Source: an uncultured Chloroflexia bacterium
Lineage (GTDB): Bacteria > Chloroflexota > Limnocylindria > Limnocylindrales > CSP1-4
Length of the DNA stretch: 64,000 bases
Assembly: GCA_963718285.1 (NCBI GenBank)
Contig: CAVQYU010000001.1
Span: forward strand, 75,799 to 139,798
Direction of reading: 5' to 3'
Shown here: positions 1 through 8,991 of the stretch, one piece after another
Position numbering within the stretch: the first letter of the stretch is position 1
How the letters are laid out: every line of letters begins with the position of its first letter
The notes under the pieces: generated by a model
The model's input: only the letters and a program-made list of their open reading frames with translations
Database searches by the model: none
What the model was told of the DNA's origin: nothing
Translations under genes and position numbers: made by a program

Positions 1-1
1 C

Positions 2-328
2 CGGGAGGTGCTCGACAACCTGATCGCCAACGCCCTGCGCTATACCCCGCCCGGAGGCACGGTCACGGTCGAAGCCGGCCTGGCCCCGAGTGGGCGCAGC
101 GTGAACGTGTCGGTCAGCGACACTGGCTCGGGGATCGCCCCGGAGATCCGCGCTCACCTGTTCGAGCGCTTCGCCAAGACCGGCGACTCGCGCGGTTCAG
201 GACTCGGCCTCGCCATCGCCCGGAACCTGGTGGAGGCCCACGGCGGATCGATCAGGGCCGAAGGTCGGCCCGGGGGCGGGACGATCATCCGGTTCAGCCT
301 GCCCATCGGCGACCAGCCGGCCGGCTGA
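2..328 (+). CDS. sensor histidine kinase, C-terminal HATPase_c part (5' end cut by window edge)
   Basis: ORF 8..328 stays open to the window edge. G1 box DTGSGI and G2 box GSGLGLAIARNLVEAHGG are typical of HATPase_c. Confidence 0.85.
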   Translation, partial: REVLDNLIANALRYTPPGGTVTVEAGLAPSGRSVNVSVSDTGSGIAPEIRAHLFERFAKTGDSRGSGLGLAIARNLVEAHGGSIRAEGRPGGGTIIRFSLPIGDQPAG

Positions 329-431
329 CCAGGCCGGCGCGATGCGTTCGCCTTCGCCGGTCGGCTCCAGAGCGTTGCGGGGGCGCACCATCCGAGCGTG
401 AGCCTCGCTGAGCGATAGTACTTTCGTACTG

Positions 432-2105
432 TTGGGCGCCCCGACCAAAGGTGTTGTACTGCCGGGCACGGAGATGAGCCCGGATCGCGGCCAGTGCCAG
501 GCGCGAAGGGCTCGACCCGACGACCGGAGAGCCACGTTGACGCCCCCTGGTGTGACGATCGTACGCCGAGCCGATTCGCGCGTGCCGGTCCAGCCAGGCA
601 CGCTCGGCCGGCAGGCGCTCCACCGGCTGCTGGCCGCCGATCCCCGCCTCGAGCCGCTCTTCCCCACGGTCCTGCTCGAGCTCCAGATCTCAGCCGGCGA
701 AGCCATCGATATCGGCTGGCTGCTGTCCGCCTGGCTGGGCCGCGCCTCGGTGCCGGTCCGGCCGGGAGGAGGCCCGGCCGGCTATCCCTGGCCGCTGGCC
801 CTGAATCCGGAGACGAGCCGGCCGGAGTACATCGGCGCCGACGACACCTGGCGGGCCTGGCGGCCGGCGGACGATGCCCTGCGGGTCGCCGATCCGCCAC
901 GCTTCTTCGCCGGCCTTGTCGAGCCATTGGTGATCACCGAGTCGGCCGAGTTTCTCGAGTCGCTCATCGCGGTCGAGGGGCCGGCGACGGAGTTGGCCGA
1001 GGAGCTCCTGGCCCGGGCCCTGCCGGGGATCCGGCGGGCGATGGCCTCTCATGCCGCCCATCGCCACGCCTGGGCCGATACGTTCGCCCTGTGGGCCCTG
1101 ACCCGGCGACCCCGCCTGCTCCGCCGGGTCCACCCCTTCGCCCTGGCCATCGCCGATGGCTACGCCGCCAGCGCCCTCCTCGACGAGGGCATCGGAAGGG
1201 GCTCCGAGCCGCCCTTCGAGGACGTTGCCCTGGCCTCGGTCAGCGCCCAGCTGGCCGGCGGCCTGATCTCGCTCGGCCTCCGACCCAAGCTGGCGGCCTC
1301 GCTCATCGGCTTCGTCAAGCGGGCCGAGGATGCGCTGGGCGGCTGGGGCGACGGGGGCGGCCCGGTCGATGTCCTGACGACCCTCGTTGCGGCCGAGCTG
1401 CTGGCCCAGACCGACCCGGAGTTCGACCCGAGCCGGACGGCCCTGGCCCTCGCCCGGCTCCAGTCCGCCGATGGCTGGTGGCGGGCGGCCGGACCCGACA
1501 CGGTCTGGACGACCCGGACGGTCGCCGGCCTGCTGGCCAGCCTCGAGCAGCCATTTGCCGGGCGCTGGCGCTGGCCCCAGCTGGCGATCGAGCATCGCGA
1601 CCGGCGGACGGGCCTGGCCTGGGGCACCTGGCTGGCCGACCTGGGCCGGCTGATGAGCGAGGTGGCCGGCCTGTCTCGAGCGCCGATCGAGCTGGCGTTC
1701 ATCGACCTGGCCGGCTTCGGCGAGTGGAACACGCGCTTTGGCCAGGCCCTGGGCGATCGCGTCCTGCGCTCGTTCGCCCAGGTCCTGGCCGAGATTCCGG
1801 GAACCGTCTCGACCCGCGAGGGCGGTGACGAGTTCGTCGTCCTCGGGGCACCCACGGCGGGCGGCCTGCAGGTCCTGATCGAGCGGGCCTGCCGGACCTG
1901 GCAAGCCCGCTTCCGGGCCGAATACGGCACCGAGCTGGCCCCCGTCCGGCCGCGCATCCTGGTGACCGAGACGCGCGGCGGCGGGTTGCTGGCCGCCCGG
2001 GATGCGCTCGGGTTCGCCATTGGCACCCTCAAGGCACGTTGGCCGGACCCGCCCGCGCCCGGGATCATCGAGCGCGTGAGCCTCCGGCCCAGCCGCCAGC
2101 CGTAG
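432..2105 (+). CDS. GGDEF-domain protein with N-terminal prenyltransferase/terpene-cyclase-like alpha-alpha repeat region
   Basis: C-terminus has REGGDEFVVLGA (intact GGDEF) preceded by IDLAGFGEWNTRFGQALGDRVL. The middle has GGWGDGGGPVDVLTTLVAAELLAQ and LQSADGWWRAAGPDTVWTTRTVAGLLASL repeats. The start (TTG 432) is uncertain. Confidence 0.6.
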   Translation: MGAPTKGVVLPGTEMSPDRGQCQARRARPDDRRATLTPPGVTIVRRADSRVPVQPGTLGRQALHRLLAADPRLEPLFPTVLLELQISAGEAIDIGWLLSAWLGRASVPVRPGGGPAGYPWPLALNPETSRPEYIGADDTWRAWRPADDALRVADPPRFFAGLVEPLVITESAEFLESLIAVEGPATELAEELLARALPGIRRAMASHAAHRHAWADTFALWALTRRPRLLRRVHPFALAIADGYAASALLDEGIGRGSEPPFEDVALASVSAQLAGGLISLGLRPKLAASLIGFVKRAEDALGGWGDGGGPVDVLTTLVAAELLAQTDPEFDPSRTALALARLQSADGWWRAAGPDTVWTTRTVAGLLASLEQPFAGRWRWPQLAIEHRDRRTGLAWGTWLADLGRLMSEVAGLSRAPIELAFIDLAGFGEWNTRFGQALGDRVLRSFAQVLAEIPGTVSTREGGDEFVVLGAPTAGGLQVLIERACRTWQARFRAEYGTELAPVRPRILVTETRGGGLLAARDALGFAIGTLKARWPDPPAPGIIERVSLRPSRQP

Positions 2106-2157
2106 GCGCTGGCCTCGAGCGCCCGGGGGTGGTCGTTGGGCTACCCTGACGAGCACG

Positions 2158-2733
2158 ATGTTCAACCCCCGCGGCTCGATCACGGTCATCACCGGACCGA
2201 TGTTCAGCGGCAAGACCGCCGAGCTCATCCGGCTGTGCGAGCGGGCCCGAATCGCCCGGCGCAAGGTGGTCCTGATCCGACCCGCCCTCGACAATCGAAC
2301 CGAGCCCGAAACGGTCCGTAGCCGGTTCGGGGTGGCCTTCCCGGCCCGGCCCATCGCGGACTCGACCCAGATCGAGGCGGTCGTGACCGAGACCCGGGCC
2401 GACGTCGTGGCCATCGAGGAGGCCCAGTTCTTCGATGCCGGCCTGGTCGATGTCGCGGAGCGGCTGGCCGATCGTGATCGCTCTGTGATCGTCAATGGTC
2501 TCAACCGGGACTTCCTGGGCCGGCCGTTCGGACCGGTCCCGGACCTCATGGCGATCGCCGACGAGATCCTCATGCTGAGTGCCATCTGCATGGTCTGCGG
2601 CGAGGCCGCGACCCGGACCCAGCGCATCGTCGACGGCCGGCCGGCCTCAGCCAGCGATCCCCTCGTCGTCATCGGCGGGATGGGCGACGAGCGTTACGAG
2701 GCCCGCTGCCGCAAGCACCACGAGGTCGGCTAG
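2158..2733 (+). CDS. tdk: thymidine kinase
   Basis: P-loop GPMFSGKTAEL, AIEEAQFF and the zinc-finger-like CMVCGEAATRTQR...RCRKHH. Length of 191 aa fits. Confidence 0.9.
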   Translation: MFNPRGSITVITGPMFSGKTAELIRLCERARIARRKVVLIRPALDNRTEPETVRSRFGVAFPARPIADSTQIEAVVTETRADVVAIEEAQFFDAGLVDVAERLADRDRSVIVNGLNRDFLGRPFGPVPDLMAIADEILMLSAICMVCGEAATRTQRIVDGRPASASDPLVVIGGMGDERYEARCRKHHEVG

Positions 2734-2754
2734 CCGAGCGTCTGGCCCGAACGT

Positions 2755-4938
2755 ATGGCGGCGCCCGCTGGGACCGTCGGCCCATGGTGGGCCCGGTGTC
2801 GCGGCGCAACACTTCCCTCGATGACCAGAGTGGTTCGGCTCCCGCGTGCCTCGCGAGTGAATGGCAACGTGACGGCCTACCGGCTCGTCCGACGCGTGGT
2901 CGGCGACCCCCACGTCATGCTGGCGATCGCCCTGATCATCCCGATGACGGTCGTCAACCTGCTCGAGCGGGGACCAAACGAAGCAGTCGTGGCAGCCCTG
3001 GCCGTGGCCTTCCTGGCCGGCCAGGCGAGCCTGGCCCTGATCGGTCCGGCAACCTCTGGCCTGACCTCGCTGCGGCCCCGGGCCGACCAACCCCGGGTGG
3101 ATGCCTGGGCCCTCGCCCGCCTGACCCTGGCCGTCGCATTCGTCGCCGCGGCCGCCTTTGCCACGGCCGGCCTGACGACCGTCCCCCTGGCGCCCCTGTA
3201 CATCCCGATCATCGCCCTCGCCGCCGCCATCGGCCCGGGCGAGGCGCTCGCGATCTTCGGACTGGTCTTCCTGGCCCGGTTCCTGCCGATCATCGAGGGT
3301 CCGGTCCGGGCCTCGGCCCTGACCGAGCAGGCGCTCGTGCTGGGCGCCGTCGCCATCGTCGTCGCCATCAGCACCCGGCGCACGGTGGCGTCACTGAACG
3401 TGGCCGTCGACCGCCTGCGCTCGACCAACGCATCGGAGCGCCACCGCACGCGCCAGATCGCGGGAATCGATGCGGTCGGCCGGACGCTCGCCGCCGACGG
3501 GCCCATCCCACGCTCGCTCGATGACGTCATGGACCTGCTCACCGGCCCGTTCGGGTACAGCCACGGCTCGATCTACCTGGGCGAGGAGCTGGGCGGTTCG
3601 CCGACCGAGCTGCGGATGGGCGCCCAGCACGGCTACGAGCTGCCGATCCCCATCTTCGACGGCACGGCCGGGGTGATCGGCCGGGTCATCCGGACCCGCG
3701 AGCCGGCCCTCGTGCCCGATGTCCATGTCGACCCCGACTACATTGGCGCCGCCACCGGACTGCGCAGCGAGGTCTGCGCGCCGCTGCTGGCCGGCACCGA
3801 GCTGCTCGGCATCGTCAACGTGGAGTCCGACCGGGACGTGCTCGACGAGCACGACCTCGATGTCGTCCGGCTGGTGGCCGATCGCCTGGCCTCGGCCCTG
3901 ACCCTGGCCCGGGAGCGCCGTCGCCTGGCTGAGCGGGCCCAGCTCTTCCAGGCGGTCGTCCAGTTCGGCAGCGAGGTCACCTCGAGCCTGGACAGCGGCA
4001 TCCTGTACGACAAGATCGTGGCCGGCCTGGGCAGCCTGGTTCGGACCGATGTGGCCGGCCTGACCCTCCTGGATCGGCGCGATGGGACCTATCGAATGGT
4101 CGCCATCCAGGGCGGCGACCCGACCTTCGTGGGCCTGGAGATCCGATCCGGCGAAGGCACGGCAGGCCGGGCAATTCGCGACCGGGCGGCGGTCCTCGAC
4201 GATCATTTCGACCGGCGCCGCTTCCCGGCCGGCACGACCGGGGCCTCCATCCCGGACGTCGTGGCCAGCGTCGGCGTGCCGCTCATCCGCGACCAGGTCG
4301 TGCTCGGCGCGATCGCCCTCATCCGGTTCGACGCCCAGCCATTCAGCGACCTCGAGCTGGAGGTCCTCCAGATGGTCGCATCCCAGGTGGCCCTGGCCAT
4401 CACCAATGCCCAGCTCCACGCCGAGGTGATGGAGGCCTCGATCCGGGACTCGCTCACCGGCACCTTCAACCGGCGCCACCTCGAGCCGAGCCTGGAGCGG
4501 ATGATCGCCTCGCGCCGGAGGCTGCCCTTCGACGATCGGCCGGCCCTTGCCGCGATCCTGTTCGACCTCGACCTGTTCGGCTCGTTCAACAAGCTCCACG
4601 GCCACCAGACCGGGGATGCCGTCCTGCGCGCGTTCGGCCAGCTTCTGCTCGAGCGCTTCCGGGCGAGCGACCTGGTCGCCCGCTACGGCGGCGAGGAGTT
4701 CGTGGTCATCCTCGACGGCAGCGGCCGGGCCGAGGCGTTCCGGATCGCCGAGGAGGTCCGGGCGGCATTCGCCCAGCAGTCGTTCCGGGGCGCGAGCGGC
4801 GAGCGACTGGTCGCGACGGTCTCGGCCGGCTGCGCCGAGCTCGGTCCGGACGACGGCTTGCGCGAGCTGCTGGGGGCCTGTGACGTGGGCCTGGCGATGG
4901 CCAAGGGGGCCGGCCGCAACCAGGTCGTGGCAGCCTGA
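2755..4938 (+). CDS. membrane-anchored GAF-GAF-GGDEF diguanylate cyclase
   Basis: N-terminal hydrophobic helices and two GAF-like regions (GVIGRVIRTREPALVPDV..., GTAGRAIRDRAAVLDD...). C-terminal DSLTGTFNRRHL and RYGGEEFVVIL. Start uncertain (2755 or ATG 2821). Confidence 0.8.
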   Translation: MAAPAGTVGPWWARCRGATLPSMTRVVRLPRASRVNGNVTAYRLVRRVVGDPHVMLAIALIIPMTVVNLLERGPNEAVVAALAVAFLAGQASLALIGPATSGLTSLRPRADQPRVDAWALARLTLAVAFVAAAAFATAGLTTVPLAPLYIPIIALAAAIGPGEALAIFGLVFLARFLPIIEGPVRASALTEQALVLGAVAIVVAISTRRTVASLNVAVDRLRSTNASERHRTRQIAGIDAVGRTLAADGPIPRSLDDVMDLLTGPFGYSHGSIYLGEELGGSPTELRMGAQHGYELPIPIFDGTAGVIGRVIRTREPALVPDVHVDPDYIGAATGLRSEVCAPLLAGTELLGIVNVESDRDVLDEHDLDVVRLVADRLASALTLARERRRLAERAQLFQAVVQFGSEVTSSLDSGILYDKIVAGLGSLVRTDVAGLTLLDRRDGTYRMVAIQGGDPTFVGLEIRSGEGTAGRAIRDRAAVLDDHFDRRRFPAGTTGASIPDVVASVGVPLIRDQVVLGAIALIRFDAQPFSDLELEVLQMVASQVALAITNAQLHAEVMEASIRDSLTGTFNRRHLEPSLERMIASRRRLPFDDRPALAAILFDLDLFGSFNKLHGHQTGDAVLRAFGQLLLERFRASDLVARYGGEEFVVILDGSGRAEAFRIAEEVRAAFAQQSFRGASGERLVATVSAGCAELGPDDGLRELLGACDVGLAMAKGAGRNQVVAA

Positions 4939-5062
4939 CGGTCGCGGAGGCCACCTGGGCGCATTCGAATTGGGTCTGGTCTGGCGATGGCAGAGTGCGT
5001 ATGCTCTGGACGGCGACCGAGGATGGTCCCCGGTTGCGTCAGATCCCCAACAGGGAGGCACG

Positions 5063-5680
5063 ATGGACCAGAGTGGATCAACCGGCGGCCCGGGCGCGCC
5101 GACGGAACCGCCTTCGGGCTGGAGTGCGCCCCCGCGCCCACCCGCGCAGCCGGGACCAAAGGGCTTCGTCTACGCGGACGTCCCCAATCGCGCGATCGCC
5201 TACATCATCGACGCGATCATTCTGGGACTCATCAACCTCGTGGTGTTTGCGATCCTCGGTGGGGTCGGCCTCCACGCGTCGACGTTCGACCTGGTCAATG
5301 GCTACCAGTACAACTACGTCGTCTCGCTGATCCTGGCGATCATCGGGCTGGCCATCAGCGGCGCCTACTTCATCTACACCTGGACCAAGATGCGCTCGAC
5401 CCTGGGCATGAAGGTCCTCGGGATGCAGATCGGCGACGCCGGCAGCGGCACCACCCTGACCCAGGACCAGGCGCTTCGGCGCTGGCTTGCCCTGGGTGCC
5501 CCGTTCGGGATTGTCCAGGCGCTCAATCCCCTGCCCTACATCGGCATCGTGATCGCGATTGCGGCCCTGGCCTGGTTCGTCTTCCTCGTGTACACCACGT
5601 ACTCGAGCCCGACGAAGCAGGGCTGGCACGATATCTTTGCCCACACGATGGTGGTCAAGGCCACGAACACGGTCGGCTAG
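5063..5680 (+). CDS. RDD family membrane protein
   Basis: ATG 5063 is preceded by AGGGAGG. It has a Pro-rich N-terminus, then YADVPNRAIAYIIDAIILGL, TM helices and a C-terminal WHDIFAHTMVV, typical of RDD domains. Confidence 0.75.
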   Translation: MDQSGSTGGPGAPTEPPSGWSAPPRPPAQPGPKGFVYADVPNRAIAYIIDAIILGLINLVVFAILGGVGLHASTFDLVNGYQYNYVVSLILAIIGLAISGAYFIYTWTKMRSTLGMKVLGMQIGDAGSGTTLTQDQALRRWLALGAPFGIVQALNPLPYIGIVIAIAALAWFVFLVYTTYSSPTKQGWHDIFAHTMVVKATNTVG

Positions 5681-5701
5681 CCCTCGGCTCGCCCTCCTCT
5701 C

Positions 5702-5738
5702 GACGAGACCCGGCGCCGGCTTGGCACCGGGTCTCGTC
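5702..5738 (+). terminator. stem-loop downstream of the RDD gene (possible intrinsic terminator)
   Basis: Perfect 12-bp stem GACGAGACCCGG / CCGGGTCTCGTC with a 13-nt loop, 22 nt after the stop. No clear U-tract. Confidence 0.4.
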
Positions 5739-5758
5739 ATGTCCGGCACACTCTGATA

Positions 5759-6868
5759 GTGCGTGCCGCCGTCCTCCAGCAACCCGGCCTTCCGATCGCG
5801 ATCGAGGAGCTCAGGCTCGACCCACCCGGCGATGGCGAGGTGCGGGTCCGGATCAAGGCCAGCGGCGTCTGCCATTCGGACCTCCACCTGCGCGATGGCG
5901 AATGGCCGCGGCCCGGACCGTTCGTGATCGGACACGAAGGAGCCGGCATCATCGAGGCCCTGGGGCCTGGAGTGGACCCGGTTTCGTCGGGTCTGCACGT
6001 TGGCGGCCTCGTGGCCCTCAGCTGGTACGCGCCCTGCGGCCACTGCCCCGCCTGTCGCTCGGGCCGGGAATGGCTGTGCTCGGGCTCCGGCGCGAGCCGT
6101 CACCGAATGTCCGATGGCACGACCCGGATCCATCGGGCCGACGGGTCGGAGGTCTATCCGTATTGCGGGATCGGGACCCTGGCCGAGGCGACGGTCGTGC
6201 CGGCCAGTGCCGCCATCCCGATGCCGGCGGGCACGGCGCCCGAGGTGGCGGCCCTGATCGGCTGCTGCGTGTCGACCGGGGTCGGCGCCGTGACCAAGAC
6301 TGCCCGTGTCCCGGCCGGGGCAAGCGTCGTGGTCATCGGCCTCGGCGGGGTGGGCCTGTCGGCTGTCATGGGCGCGCGACTGGCCGGAGCCGATCCCATC
6401 GTGGCCGTCGACCGCGTCCCGGCCAAGCTCGAGCTGGCCAGCGTACTGGGGGCGACCGAACTGGTCCTCGCCGGTCCGGACGAGGCAGCCACGGACGAGG
6501 CCATCCGGGCAAAGGCCCGGCCGGGGCCCGACTTCGCGTTCGAGGCGATCGGCCTGGCCGTCACGATTGACCAGGCGATCCGGGTGCTGCCGCCGGGCGG
6601 CACGGCCGTCCTGATCGGGATGACCCCGTTCGGGGTCCGGGCAAGCTTCGAGGTATTCCCGTTCGTGGACGGCAGCCGCTCGATCCTGGGCAGCAACTAC
6701 GGCTTTGCCGTGGCCTCGGTCGACTTCCCGCGCTACGCCCAGCTGCAGCTGGCCGGCCGGCTGCCGATCGAGCGGCTGGTCGAGGAGCGAATCGGCCTCG
6801 ACGATGTCGAGGCTGCCTTCGAGCGCCTGCGCGGCGGACAGGGCCTACGCAGCGTCGTCACCTTCTGA
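5759..6868 (+). CDS. zinc-dependent alcohol dehydrogenase family oxidoreductase
   Basis: GVCHSDLHLRDGEW, GHEGAGIIE, CGHCPACRSG (structural Zn) and the Rossmann motif VVVIGLGGVGLSAV. Confidence 0.85.
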   Translation: MRAAVLQQPGLPIAIEELRLDPPGDGEVRVRIKASGVCHSDLHLRDGEWPRPGPFVIGHEGAGIIEALGPGVDPVSSGLHVGGLVALSWYAPCGHCPACRSGREWLCSGSGASRHRMSDGTTRIHRADGSEVYPYCGIGTLAEATVVPASAAIPMPAGTAPEVAALIGCCVSTGVGAVTKTARVPAGASVVVIGLGGVGLSAVMGARLAGADPIVAVDRVPAKLELASVLGATELVLAGPDEAATDEAIRAKARPGPDFAFEAIGLAVTIDQAIRVLPPGGTAVLIGMTPFGVRASFEVFPFVDGSRSILGSNYGFAVASVDFPRYAQLQLAGRLPIERLVEERIGLDDVEAAFERLRGGQGLRSVVTF

Positions 6869-8161
6869 GAGCGCCGGGGCGCGACCGGGCAGGACGCTCC
6901 GCCACAGCTCCGGAAATGCCCTGGCGACGACGCCCACCCCGAGCAGGCACAGGAGGCCGCCCGAGACCACCGAGAACTGGGCCCCCCAGATGGCCGCGAC
7001 TGCGGTCGCCTCGAGGTCGCCCAGGCGGGGGCCGCTGGTCACCACCAGCAGGTGGATGGAGTTGACCCGGCCGCGCAGATGGTCGGGCGTCGCAAGCTGG
7101 ACGATCGTGGACCGGAAGACGGCCGACAGGACGTCGGCGCCCCCGGCGATGGCCAGGAACAGCAGGGCCAGCGGGAACGAGAAGGTCGACAGGCCGAACG
7201 CGGTGATCGCGGCGCCCCACACGATCACGGCCACGACCACCGCCCGGCCGGCCCGCCGGACGCGCGAGACCCAGCCCGAAAGGAGGGCTCCGGCGAAGGC
7301 ACCCACCCCTGGCGCGGCGGCCATCAGGCCGACCCCGATCGGGCCGACCTTGAACACGTCCAGGGCCAGGACCGGGAAGAGGGCCGTGGGCATCCCGAAG
7401 ATCATCGCCACCAGGTCGATCGCGAAGGTCGACAGGATGATCCGATGCTGCCGGGCAAAGCGCAGGCCCTCGACGATCGCGTCGATGCCCGGCTTGGCTG
7501 CCTGGCCGATCGGCGGCAGCGGGCCGATCACCAGGAGGGCCGCCAGCGATGCGCCGAAGCTGAGCACGTCGACGGCGTAGGCACCGGCGACCCCCACCGT
7601 CGCCAGGAGGACCCCGCCGAGGGCCGGCCCGATGATCGAGGCGGTCTGGAAGTTGAGCTGGTTCAGGGCGATGGCGGCCGGCAGGCGCTCGCGGGTGACC
7701 AAGCGGGGAATCGCCGCCGAGCGGGTCGGGCCGTCGACCGAACCGAAGCCGGCGGCCAGGAAGGCGACCGCGTAGATCGCGATCAGGGGCGGCGCCGGGA
7801 TGACCGCCAGGGCGACGAGGGCCAGGCTCATCAGGGCCGAGCCGATCTGGGTGACGAACAGGATCTTGCGCCGATCGACCGCGTCGGCGACCGAGCCGGC
7901 CCCCAGCGAGAAGATGAGGATCGGAATGAGCTGGACCAGGACGAGCACGCCGATCGCCAGGGTCGAGCCGGTCAGCACGAAGACCTGGAAGGGCAGCACG
8001 ATCCGGGTGATCTGATTGCCAATCCCGGACACGACCTGGCCGATCCACAGGGCCCGGTATTCGCGGTGATAGCGCAGGGGCGCGGTGTCCAGGAACAGTC
8101 CGCGGACCCGGCCGGGCGGGCGGCCGACGGGCGAGCTGGCCCCGGTCGGCTGGCTGGTCAT
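6845..8161 (-). CDS. MFS transporter (EntS/DUF894-like)
   Basis: About 12 hydrophobic segments and N-terminal YREYRALWIGQVVSGIGNQITRIVLPFQV with ADAVDRRKIL. Converges on the ADH gene with a 24-nt overlap. Confidence 0.8.
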   Translation of the reverse strand: MTSQPTGASSPVGRPPGRVRGLFLDTAPLRYHREYRALWIGQVVSGIGNQITRIVLPFQVFVLTGSTLAIGVLVLVQLIPILIFSLGAGSVADAVDRRKILFVTQIGSALMSLALVALAVIPAPPLIAIYAVAFLAAGFGSVDGPTRSAAIPRLVTRERLPAAIALNQLNFQTASIIGPALGGVLLATVGVAGAYAVDVLSFGASLAALLVIGPLPPIGQAAKPGIDAIVEGLRFARQHRIILSTFAIDLVAMIFGMPTALFPVLALDVFKVGPIGVGLMAAAPGVGAFAGALLSGWVSRVRRAGRAVVVAVIVWGAAITAFGLSTFSFPLALLFLAIAGGADVLSAVFRSTIVQLATPDHLRGRVNSIHLLVVTSGPRLGDLEATAVAAIWGAQFSVVSGGLLCLLGVGVVARAFPELWRSVLPGRAPALSEGDDAA

Positions 8162-8325
8162 CGGCCGCAGTCTAGCGGCCCATCGTTAGGTCGGCGTTGA
8201 CCGACCGAAAACAGCCCAGGGCCATCCTTCAGTCGGTGGGACGGCGCCCACTGCGCCATGGCCCAGCACCCTTGCCCCGCACCCTTGGCCGTTGACCCTC
8301 AGCTGCGCCCGCCGGAGGAACCTCG

Positions 8326-8991
8326 TTGGCCGTCATGCTCGTTGCCACCGCCGCCACGCGGCGGATCCAGGTCGCTGTTACCACTGCCGATCCGGTCTCC
8401 CGGGCCGGCATCACCAGCCAGCTTCGGGGCAGCCCCCTGGTCGAGGTGGTCGACGAGTCACGCCTGGACCTGGAGGGTCGCCTCGACGCGGTCGCCCTGG
8501 TCGTCTCCGAGGGCTGGGACGAGGACGCCGCCCGAACGATCCGGGGCCTCCGCCAGCGGGGCATGGACCGGGTCGTGCTGCTGGTCAGCCGGCTCGACGA
8601 CAAGGGCCTGTTGGCCGCGGTCGAAGCGGGTGCCTGCGGGATCCTGCGCCGCCAGCAGGCCACGGCCGCCAACGTCATCGCCGCCATCCGCTCGGCCGCG
8701 GCTGGGGAAGGCACCCTCCCGCCGGACATGCTCGGCCGCCTTCTCGACCAGGTCGGCCGCCTCCAACGCCAGATCCTCAAGCCCCGCGGGCTGACGATCG
8801 GCGGCTTGACCGAACGCGAGATCGAGGTCCTCAAGCTGCTCGCCGACGGCCTGGACACGACCGAGGTGGGCGAGCGCCTGTTCCTGTCCGAGCGCACGGT
8901 CAAGACGATCGTCCACGACGTGACCAGCCGGCTCGAGCTGCGCAACCGGACCCACGCCGTGGCCCACGCCATCCGGCTGGGCCTGATCTAG
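8326..8991 (+). CDS. LuxR/NarL-family transcriptional regulator with degenerate (pseudo-)receiver domain
   Basis: C-terminal HTH LTEREIEVLKLLADGLDTTEVGERLFLSERTVKTIVHDVTSRL. The N-terminal receiver-like fold lacks the usual acidic pocket and phospho-Asp (AVALVVSEGWD). TTG start is 8 nt after GGAGGA. Confidence 0.8.
   Translation: MAVMLVATAATRRIQVAVTTADPVSRAGITSQLRGSPLVEVVDESRLDLEGRLDAVALVVSEGWDEDAARTIRGLRQRGMDRVVLLVSRLDDKGLLAAVEAGACGILRRQQATAANVIAAIRSAAAGEGTLPPDMLGRLLDQVGRLQRQILKPRGLTIGGLTEREIEVLKLLADGLDTTEVGERLFLSERTVKTIVHDVTSRLELRNRTHAVAHAIRLGLI

Noticed and set aside
400-431. AT-richer patch with the small palindrome AGTAC-TTTC-GTACT and TANNNT-like hexamers just before ORF 432, as a possible promoter or operator.
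   Set aside because: It is too short and degenerate to call. The start codon of the downstream gene is itself uncertain, so spacing arguments cannot be made.
690-2672. Very long ORFs on the strand opposite recognised genes. Examples: 690..2672(-), 3391..5061(-), 8292..9911(+), 9562..11520(+), 20799..22742(-), 31289..34021(+), 47968..51222(+), 56407..59424(+).
   Set aside because: Their translations are Arg/Gly/Pro/Ala-rich with no motifs. Each lies antisense to, or out of frame with, a gene that has clear family signatures. Stop-poor antisense frames are expected at ~70% GC.
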